Below are positions 24,595 through 35,500 of a stretch of 44,216 bases of DNA, piece after piece. The stretch is taken from the NCBI RefSeq assembly GCF_018350175.1, contig NC_058369.1, positions 157,127,785-157,172,000 on the forward strand, given 5' to 3'. Made by a program: the position numbers and the translations under genes. This stretch comes from Felis catus (lineage: Eukaryota). Below the pieces are notes generated by a model that saw only the letters and a list, made by a program, of their open reading frames with translations, searched no databases and was not told where the DNA came from. Position 1 is the first letter of the stretch. Each line of letters opens with the position of its first letter.

Positions 24595-24804
24595 GGGGGC
24601 GCCTGGTGTCTCAGTCAGTTAAGTGTCCAACTCTTGGTTTCGGCTCATGTCATGATCTCACAGTTCATGGGATTGAGCCCCATGTCAGGCTCCATGTCAG
24701 CATGGAGCTTGCTTGGGATTTTCTCTCTCCCTCTCTCTCTGCCCCTCCCCTGCTCACTTGTACATTCTTTCTCTCTCAAAATAAATAAATAAACTTTAAA
24801 AAAA
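24595..24804 (+). mobile_element. Can-SINE
   Basis: TSD agaatRtcataagt. Confidence 0.9.
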
Positions 24805-24840
24805 AGAATATCATAAGTGTTTTGTTAAATTATCATTATT

Positions 24841-25078
24841 TTTTTTTTAATTTTTTTTTCAGCGTTTTTATTTATTTTTGGGACAGAGAGAGACAGAGCA
24901 TGAACGGGGGAGGGGCAGAGAGAGAGGGAGACACAGAATCGGAAACAGGCTCCAGGCTCCGAGCCATCAGCCCAGAGCCATCAGCCCAGAGCCTGACGTG
25001 GGGCTCGAACTCACGGACCGCGAGATCGTGACCTGGCTGAAGTCAGACGCTTAACCGACTGCGCCACCCAGGCGCCCC
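24841..25078 (-). mobile_element. Young felid Can-SINE with an internal 14-bp duplication
   Basis: Perfect TSD aaattatcattatt; gagccatcagccca twice at 24961-24988. Confidence 0.95.
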
Positions 25079-25124
25079 AAATTATCATTATTAAGGTGGC
25101 CAAAAAACAGTGTTTATAGTCAGA

Positions 25125-25340
25125 TGACATGGCGGTTAAGAGCCAGGTTTCTGCACTGGGACTATGGGTTCAAATCTTGACCCCAACCTTGATTAGCTAT
25201 ATATTTTCCTCAAGTTTCTGACCTCACCTATAAAATGAATATAATAACTACCTCTTATTACACTATATTTTAAATTAATTTGTATAAAGCATCCAGCATA
25301 GTGAGTAGTACACAAAAAACACTCCACACATGTTGGCTAT
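25125..25340 (+). mobile_element. MIR
   Basis: ggttaagagc...gggttcaaatcttgac...ctataaaatgaatataataactacctc. Confidence 0.7.
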
Positions 25341-25790
25341 AAGTATAACACAGACCCACATTCAGAAACACCAAATCACAAGTATATAGAGACACAGAGA
25401 AGCACGGGGGGGTAGACATCCATTATCATTCACAGGAAGTCTGTCAGTTATCTCTGCTTCTCCCTCCTTCCCTCACCTCCCACTTCTCTTCACCATCGTC
25501 CCCCAAAATGGCACAGTGGGCCAGCCTAGAGCGGTAATCCAACTGCTCACAAGATGATTTGCAGAGGCAGGCAAGTAGAAAACGAAATGACTAATAGTAT
25601 CCTTAGCACTCATACTAAGTTGGTGAAGGAAAAGAGGAAAAGTAAAACCTTTGGAAAGAAGTTTGGCCATATGTATTCAAGGCAACAAAAGCTTTCTTTC
25701 ACATTGTCTTGATGACATTTCTTAGATTGAACCGGAGTAAATATCCAAAAAGAAGGCAAAACTATATGTAAGAAGATGTTCGTTGTAGCA

Positions 25791-25987
25791 TTTTTTTTTA
25801 ATTCTGAGAAAGAGTACGCATGCACATGCAAGCAAGTAGAGGAGGGGCAGAAAGAGAGAATCCCAAGCAGGCTTCAAGCTGTCAGCGCAGAGCCCAAGGT
25901 GGGGCTCGAACTCACGAACCCTGAGATCATGACCTGAGCCGAAATCAAGAGTTAGACACTCAACTGACTAAACCAACCAGGAGCCCC
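25791..25987 (-). mobile_element. Can-SINE
   Basis: TSD ttgtagcat. Confidence 0.9.
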
Positions 25988-26623
25988 ATTGTAGCATCAT
26001 TTTTAAAACAGATTTATAGAAGCATAATTCACCCTTTTGAAGTGTAAAATTCAGTGGGTCTTTTTTTAGTATATTCGCAGAGTTGTGCAAGCAACACTAA
26101 TTTTAAAAGCTTTTCATTACCCTCAGAAGAAATCCATTAGGAGTTACTCCCCATTCCTCTCTCAGCTCCTGGCAATCATTAATCTCCTTTCTGTCTCTTA
26201 AAACAGTTGATGATCAACAACAACAACCAAAAAAAATAAATAAAAAATAAGAAAATAAACTCACTGTTACCAAGTAACATAACATAAAAGTATGCTAAAT
26301 TATGGTACATCCATTCAGTATTATGTGGCTGTTAAAAATTACCACAACAAAGACTGTACCAAAAAGTGAAGTATATACATGATATAATGTTTAGTATTTT
26401 TTAAGGATACAAAATTATGAATATACTCTAATTTCAACCAGGGTGTGGACAGACTAGAAGAAATGTGTAGAAATTTTAAATGGCCATGTTAGAATAATGA
26501 GATAGTGGGTGCTTTTTCTTTATAGTCTTTAAATATTTTTTGCAAGATTTTATATTTAAGAAGTAGAATTTTTAGGAAATCTACTTACTGTTGATTAATG
26601 TAACAGAGAATACATTGAAGGGC

Positions 26624-26651
26624 CCAGCCAGCCAGCCAGCCAGCCAGCCAG
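26624..26651. repeat. (CCAG)7 tetranucleotide repeat
   Basis: Read directly. Confidence 0.92.
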
Positions 26652-27474
26652 CAATCCAGCCTTTCTGACGTGGACCCGGTTTTTAACTAGCAAGCATCTC
26701 TAGTGTAGGCTCCTTCTGGTAACCAAGAGCCTCATGCACAAAGATCTCATTCTCCCAACTGCAAAGCCTGTAAAAGCCCGAACTGTAGACATTCAGTCTC
26801 CCCCTTTGACTCTCTTGCGTCTCAGCCTACGCTCCCTGCCATGTCACTGTCCAGGGACTCACTCCTTAACAAAGCCCTCTTATTTATCACACATACCAAT
26901 GACTCTTGGCCAATTTCCTTCTATTAATATATTAACTGCAGATGCAAATCCTTCTGATCACATACTTTCCTTTTATGGGACCAACAGTATGGAAACTGGT
27001 GTAAACAAAACAACAACCAGCTCCCCCCCCTACTCTCCATTCCCACTTCCTGTAGAGACACAGCTCATTTAGACTAGCACAGCCTTCCCATTACATCTTC
27101 TCCCTCCATCTGTGGGAGAGTCATCACTGATAGCCCACCATTGTACACACCTGCACTCCACTCCAGGCCCCTCGTCCTCATCTTCATCCTTCTTCCCTCC
27201 TCTCTCCCTCCCTCTCTCACTCTCACACACACATACATACACTCCATACATCCTCTGATGCAGCAGCCCTGGCTATGCCCCACAACTGTCCATGGGATTA
27301 GATTTGTGCCCCACTATCTCCTACTTCTTTCAGTTTGTCCAAAGGCCCGGAACCCAGCCTCCTCTGTCCTGCTCTGTTTCTCAAGAAAAAAGTATGCCTC
27401 CATCCTCTCTACACCTCCCAACACCTGCCTCACCTTGAGTTATTGTCAGGGTTCCCTTAAAAGACTGGGTCCTT

Positions 27475-28105
27475 GGGGCTCCTGGGTGGCTCAGTCAGTT
27501 AAGTGTCCAACTTTGGCTCAGGTCATGATCTCACTCATGGCTTGTGAGTTTGAACCATGCATTGGACTCTGTGCTGACAGCTCAGAGCCTGGAGCCTGCT
27601 TCAGATTCTGTGTCCCCCTCTCTCTCTCCCCTTTCCCTGCTCATGCTCTGTCTCTGTCTCTCTCAAAAATAAATAAGCATTAACAAAAAAAAAAAAAAAA
27701 GAGTGGGTCCTGGATCTCCAGTGGGTGGTGAGGCCAGGCAAAATGGTAGCCTTCTAATGAGAGCATTCGACTTTGTTTAATGAGCACCTAACATGTGTCA
27801 GAAACCAATGTCAGTTGCAGGGATTCAGAAAGTATTGAAACTAATCACTCACTTTGAAAAGCTCACAGTGGGAGCACCTGGGTGGCTCAGTTGGTTAAGC
27901 GTCAGACCCTTGGTTTTGCCTCAGGTGATGATCTTGAGGTTTCCTGAGTTCAAGCCTGGCCTTGGGATTCTCTCAAGCCTGCTTGGATTCCTCAGGATTC
28001 CTCAGCCTGCTTGGGATTCTCTCTCTCTCCCTCTCTCTCTTCTCCCCTACTTGTGCTGTCTCTGCCTCTCTCAAAATAAATAAATAAACTTAAAAATTTT
28101 TAAAG
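27475..28105 (+). mobile_element. Two Can-SINEs (about 27475-27696 and 27869-28105)
   Basis: TSDs aaaagaStgggtcct and aaagctYacagtgg. Confidence 0.9.
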
Positions 28106-28719
28106 AAAAGCTTACAGTGGAAGAAAGGTATGTAAACAGAAAATTACTAAATAAACAGCTAAAGGCTTAAACAGGGGTAGGAAGGAATGTTCTAGATACA
28201 CTGTGGAGACAGCCTCCACAGTAGGCATCACCCTGGATGTGGCTTTTGAAGAATCAAGAGTCAAGTGGGCCAAGAAGCATATACCAAAATGTCTTACAGG
28301 CCTGCAGAAAACAAGTTCACAGAAACGGTACTTTGGCAGCAGCTAAAGCAGGACACGCCATCCCATGCCCACAGCAAACCATGCAAAGCACTATGTGATC
28401 TAGAGAGATTAAATAAATTGTGGCCTCCGCTCCTAGGCATTAAATACATTACCTAAATATAAGACAAACTATTCAGAATACAGTGTGCTTTGAGCAGAGG
28501 TGGAAACTGAATATAAATCTGGTCCTAAGTACAAAGATCACTGAGGTGGGGGTGGGGGTGACAGGAGCACTCTCATTAAGGCACGGGTACGGGGTGGGTG
28601 GAGTAAAAACCAAAAAAGAAAAAAAAAAAAATCAAGGTGGGGCAGTAGCAGGTCAAGTGGAAGCAGAAAGAGGAGGAAGCCTATGCCAGGAACTGAGGGA
28701 TTGGAACAGAAAAGTGGGT

Positions 28720-29075
28720 GGAGCCAGTGGGCTCCACCCCCGCCTCCTCCGGCTCGGCTACAACCTACTTTCTGCGGAGTCGTTCCAGACAGGTGAGAGA
28801 GGAACTTCTAAGACCGGTGAGAAGGGTAGGGGCGGTTGGGTTCAAGAAGGGGGATTGGAGTTAGGGTTAAAGAAGGGGGTCTGGGCCCTACCTAGTCTTT
28901 GACTTCTTGATAGCAGAGTTCAGGGAATTCCTGATGGGTTGGTTTTGGGGTGCTGCTAACCAGGTGTTGCTGCTTCTCCCCACCAGCCTCCCAGCCCTTG
29001 TGGTAACTTCAGACAGGAAGTTTGAAATCTGAGCTTACGGAGTTAAGGCCCATAGAGGATGGGGTACCCTGGCAG
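28720..29075 (+). promoter_or_regulatory. Probable TMEM139 promoter and non-coding 5' exons (one ending 28792, one 28987..29075)
   Basis: GC box CCCCGCC at about 28737; donor CAG|gtgaga at 28792; acceptor cttctccccaccag| at 28986; donor CAG|gtgcgg at 29075. Inferred from splice motifs only. Confidence 0.5.
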
Positions 29076-29688
29076 GTGCGGAGTATAGAGAGATCAGGAG
29101 TTATCTGGGCCTCCAGTTATCCGGGCTCCATCTGGGCCTCCAATAGATGGAGGCCTCTGTAAGAGGCCCTCTCATATAGTTGTGTCCCTGTGGCTTTGTC
29201 GGGTCCATGTACATTTTCTCCATCCAACCAGAGCACGGGCTGAGTAGAGGAAATGGGAAGATGGAGTCAGACAGGGTAATGGTGCTCCTTCCCAACTTCT
29301 CTCCCCAACAGGGTCTAAGTGGGGAGACGGGGAGGTAGGGTGGAGGTCCAGTGCAGAGCAATTATAGAGAAAAGGCAGGGTTTGCCTCATTACCTGGATT
29401 CCACAGACGCTGGTGAGCACCAAAGCCCCAGGCAGGGCCAGCCAGGACTGGGTCTTGGATGGTGTAGAAAGAGCTGGAAGGGACACTGCAAAGAAGAAGG
29501 AAGAAGGAAGGAAGGCAGGGCCATTACACAGTAAGTTGCATGAAAGATCCTGGGTTTATTTCCTGGCTACTCCACATGCACTGATACCCTAGCACTCTGA
29601 TTGATCCTAGAGAGAATTACAAAGCTGAAGGGAACCCTGAAGGTCATATGTTTTGGCCATTTATTTGATTTGAGACTGAAGAACCTGA

Positions 29689-30643
<955 letters not shown>

Positions 30644-31830
30644 AAGACTATGCCAGGATATATCCTCTCTGCGCCAGACTCATTCATTCATTTGACCAAC
30701 ATTTCCCAGTGCCTGCCACGTATCAGGAACTCTGTTTCCACGTGGGGAACTTAACACCGAGGGCAGTCAGGCTATCCTAAGCCTCTCCCAGCTGAGATGT
30801 ACATAGCACTGTTGGAGTCTTCGAGTAACATTCAGTGACCTACCCCATATCTGATATTTCCAGAGTTAGACGAGTATGAGAGGAGTGACCCAGAGAATCT
30901 GGAGAAGGAAGAAAAGAAACATCTGAGTGACAGCTATGTTGCTACTGTTCTGGGTGCTTCATCTCTATTAGCACAAGAAGACTTTCCCAGCCTTGTGAGG
31001 TATTACTGCCCTCATTTGAAAAATAAGGATCCCAAGGGTCAGAGGAGTTTGATAATTTGCACAGGGGCACACTGCTAGTAAATAGCATAAAAATGTTTAC
31101 TCTTCTGATCACAAAGCCTACTGTATTTTCAATGCAAGGTCATCCACAAATCTCTCAATCTCTATCTTGAGCAACTGCTGGAGACAGGTGGGAGCCTTCC
31201 TAGGGACAGAACGGTGGACCAGTTGTGTCTGCGGGCAGTGTGGGCTGATTGTGACCAGGAGTGTGCCCTCTCTCCTAGATGAGCAAAGCTAATCAAAGCC
31301 GTGATAGCCCCTGCTCCAGGTAAGGGGCAATTTCTGCCCTGGGGCTAAAGAGCAGTCTCCAGGGCAGGGTCCCCACCCCATTGGGAAACTGGAGTAAACT
31401 GCCCCGGGGGAGGGACTTCCGAATTTAAGACGAGTGGACAAGGGTCAGAAAGGATAAGACAGGGGCTTGCCAGGGGTGGAGGAGTACCTAAGGGTGACTC
31501 TTGAATCACCTGCTATGAAGCGCTGGACCCACATGCACGGTGTCTAACCGCTTAAGCCTCACCCCTGCGCTCGGACCGCAGCGTTTTACCCCCGCACCCC
31601 ACCCCCCACCCCCCACCCCGGGTCCTGCTCGCTAAGATCCCAACAGAACACTAGATTTTCCGGAATCGTGCTTCGGCTGTAATGTAGGTTTTAGCCACTG
31701 GGAGCTGCTCGGCCATCGCTGACCCACCTTCCTCAGGAGTGCGCTCCCCACTTAGGCTTTCATCCACTGTGTGGTATCTGTGTAACGCCTAGTGCCCTCT
31801 ATCTCTTCCTTATCCTGGCCCCAACAGTTC

Positions 31831-31836
31831 AATAAA
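31831..31836 (+). terminator. Probable TMEM139 polyadenylation signal
   Basis: First canonical AATAAA I find after the TMEM139 stop codon; implies a 3' UTR of about 1.2 kb. Confidence 0.65.
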
Positions 31837-31869
31837 GCATAAAGTCCGGCCAAACCCGTCTCAGTAACG

Positions 31870-32510
31870 TTGCAATAGGCGGGTGCGACAGGGTGGGAGG
31901 CGCCGGAGAGGCATCCGCGATTTCCGCGGGAACCGATGACCAATCGGATTCCCGCGTAGGACGGGGTGTTTCCTCGCCTCCCCCCGCCCCTTCCCTTTCC
32001 GCCAAGAGCGCTCTCTCACCCCATTGGACGGCGCTTCTAGCGCGAGGGCTCTGTGCCTGCGCACACACTGGCGACGGCAGAGGCGGGGCAGCTCTCGCGT
32101 GGGGGTGGAGCTAGAAGAAACAGCGCGCAGGCGCAATGTGCGCCGGCGGCCTGGGGGAGGGATGCTGAGGGCGTGAGGGTTTTCCGTTTGTTTGGATGTG
32201 GGCGGTACGCGCGCAGCCCGGGAAAAGCGGTAAATGGCGGCGCCGAGCGCGGCCTCCCGGCCCTGTCTGCACCGAAAGGAGGTAATGGCCGCTGACAGAG
32301 GGCGCAGGTGAGTGAGGGAGGGTCGCACAGGTCCTTAGTTGGGCCCAGGGAAGGGAATACGGATCATGGCCCTGGCACCTCCTCCCCTCGGAGCCCCTGG
32401 AAGCAGCAGTGTCCACCCGTGCAGCCAAGGGTGGGAGGCCAGGCGAGTCCCCGAGGGGCGCGCGAGCGGCGGGCTTCCTCTCGGCCCTGTCCCTCGTGAG
32501 CCGACTGCCC
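31870..32510 (+). promoter_or_regulatory. CASP2 CpG-island promoter
   Basis: CpG-dense. CCAAT at 31940 and ATTGG at 32023 (NF-Y); GCGGGAA at about 31926 and TTCCCGCG at about 31949 (E2F type); GC box at about 31982; NRF1-like CGCGCAGGCGCA at about 32124; YY1-type AAATGGCGGC over the start codon. Confidence 0.88.
32234..32307 (+). CDS. CASP2: CASP2 exon 1, coding part
   Basis: [24 protein letters not shown](R); second in-frame ATG at 32285; donor AG|gtgagt. Confidence 0.95.
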
Positions 32511-35500
32511 CAACCTGCTTTGACCAACCCCAGGGGTCTCTGGACATGAGGAGCTCTCCGGTACTGCCGAATCTCGGCTTCTCTTAAAGATTCTCCATCC
32601 TTTCTTTCCCTCTACTCCTATATGAGGAACTTTGCCCCCTTAAAAGCGGATGACATCTGCAGACCTCGCAGTTCTCCCTGATGTGCATTTGATTTGGATT
32701 GACTGTATCATGACACGTATTGCTTTGGGTACAGTGATCAGGTTTTCAAAGCAGTCGACACGGGCTTTAGGGGTTGAGTACTTTGAAAGGACGAGGTGGT
32801 TCCGAGACTCCCAGTGTGTCTCCGCCTCTGCCCCAGTTATATCATTTCATGGCAGGCATCACCCTGGATAACATTTTAATGCCTCGTGGTCCAGACCCAG
32901 AAGATTAACTTCGGGCTTTGGAGCCAGAACCTGCAGAAAAAACACAGAATCCAGACTTAGGAATTCCTTTTGTGTCCTCTTCTCCTTTTCCTCCTCCCCT
33001 TCCATCTGTGGCCTGGAGTTCTAGATGATTATGATTACTTTGGGAAAGTCCACAATTGAGACTTTGGCCTAAAGTGGAATGCAGAAAGCAGCAGGTGTGT
33101 GGAGAATGGATAATGCTTCTGATTAAACCTAATTGACAATTTAAGTCTAGAACTTGAAAGAGTTAAGAATTGTGAGTCAGTTAGTGAATTGTGAGTATGG
33201 GTGAGATTGAATAGGGAGAGGCTCTTTGAGGGGGTTCCTAATGGAATGTCAACATTCAAGGGCAGGCTACAGATCTTGTGAAGGAACAGGAACAGTTGGC
33301 GGAGAGAGGGACTGGAGAGAAAGTATCAGGGAAACCAAGGGAGGAGAAAGTTTGAAATGCTGCTGGTAAACTAAGGGATGAAACTTGAGGAAACCTGCTT
33401 CACCAATGATAGGTATCTTAAGGAAATACCCAGCATCTCCAGCTGTGATGTTGTCTTGCAGTTGGCCTGATAACATTTATTTTTACCAGAGTTTCATATA
33501 CGCCATCATTGTTACTGGCTTGGTGTTTTCTAAGGTGATTCTTTTATATATGTATTTTTTAGATGTCTATTTATTCACTCATTAATTAATTTATTATTTA
33601 AGAGAGAACAAGCACAAGCAGGGGAGAGGGGCAGAGGGAGAGAGAGCATCTCAAGCAGGCTCCACGCTCAGCACAAAGCCCCACGCAGGGCTTGATCCCA
33701 TGACCCTGGGATCATGACCCAACCCAAAATTAAGAGTCAGACACTCAACTGAGTCACTCAGTCACCCTAAAGATTTTTTTATTTTAATTTTTTTAAAGTT
33801 TATTTATTTCAAGAGAGAGAGCACAGGAAGGGCAGGGAGAGAATCCCAAGCAGGCTCCACACTGCCAGCTGAGCCGGACACGGGGCTCAATTCCACAGCT
33901 GACTCTGAGATCATGACCTGGGCCAATATCAAGAGTCAGACACTTAACCAACCGAGCCATCCAGGTGCCCCGCTTTTTTTTTTTTTTTTTTTTTAACTAA
34001 TCTCTGCACCCAGCGTGGGGCTCAAACTCACAAACCCGGGATCAAGAGTTGCTCACTGTGCCGACTGAGCCAGCCAGGCGCCCTAAGGTGATTTCTTAAA
34101 TAAGGTTTTTGATTTGTCCAGATCTATTGTAGCAGGTTTCTACTGAAGGTTTGGGGTCATGGGAGTATTTCTAATAAACAGAAACCCGAAGCTTAAATGG
34201 AGTTTCAAACATCACTGTCCCAAACCCTAAACTTAACCGAAGTTGGCTGCTTCCAATCTTGGGAATGTTTTGCTGACCACTTCCTCTGCCTTAAGGTCCA
34301 CATGCCATCCTCCTCTTGGGTCTCTCAGCTCTTCCAGGACTCTGCTTTTCCTTCCTCTATATATCTCTAACCTGGAGTTAAGCCAAGTGCATCCTATAAA
34401 TGCATGGTATTTAACTGATTCTAAGATGCAAATTCCTCATCCCCCCTCCCCCACATTTTAATATCTTTGAAATCAGTATGCATCTTTACATAGGCTTTAA
34501 AGTTATAAACTGAAGCTGTTATCTCATCCCTTTCCCGCCGTCAGACCCTTACTGTTGTCATCTTCTTGGGAACTAAGCAGGCTGGTGAGCTCTGGGTTTA
34601 TGTAAACTAGGCACAGAGATGATATATATTGGAAATGGGAATTTTAAAATTCATAAACAGAAGCTGGTCTCTTTCCAAACCAATAGCAAAACCAAGAATC
34701 CTTGAAATAGCCATCTCTATTAAATTACCAAAAGAATTTAGCCTTTATGTTTTAACTCTTTAAAGTGATCTCAAGTTATATTGATTCTGTTTGTCGTCTG
34801 TATTTACTGTGACTTTCTGTCATACTTTCTGCTTACCCAGTTCTTATTTCTAGCATCATTTTGTCACAAGAACTTAAGTTTTAAAAACCATAGATATAAG
34901 TGGGATAGAGAGTACGTGCGTGTGTGTACACCTATCTCATTTATTTCGTGTTAAAGCCAGCGATTGGCTTGAACTTTTGCCATTGTATTAAATTATTTTA
35001 TTCCTCACCCGGGATCATTTTAAACATATCATTTATAGCAGCCTAGATAAATAATGCAAAAGGTTTTCTGGAGTAATCTTTTAATTTTTTTTTTTAATTT
35101 TTTTAATGTCTTTATTTTTGAGAGAGAGGGACAGAGCACGAGTGGGGGAGGGGCAGAGAGAGAGACAGACAGACACACAGAGTGGGGAAGCAGGCTCCAG
35201 GCTCAAAGCTGTCAGCCCAGAACCCAATGCGGGGCTCCAACCCACAAACCGCGAGATCGTGACCTGAGCCACCAAAGTTGGACACTTAACCAACTGAGCC
35301 GCCCAGGCCCCCTGGAATAATCTCTTAATTGAAATTGGTGTGTCAGAGGAATATTTCTTCTCATAAATATATGTGTGCTTCTGTGTGTATCATTTTTTCA
35401 AGATAGGTATTTTCCTCCCCTAGACAGACTAATTCATCTCAGAGGATGGTCTCAGTTTAACATACTCCATAAAAAATTATACGTTATTTCTTTATGACCA

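Noticed and set aside
26624-26651. (CCAG)n as a disease-type expansion
   Set aside because: Only 7 units and intergenic; an ordinary microsatellite.
27141-27683. 180-aa ORF and the many MAQSV.../LSLSLS ORFs
   Set aside because: Translations of Can-SINE and low-complexity sequence.
31752-32587. Overlapping Arg/Ala/Pro-rich ORFs on both strands (also at 12196-12686)
   Set aside because: Expected from stop-poor CpG-island sequence; only the CASP2 and GSTK1 first exons are supported.
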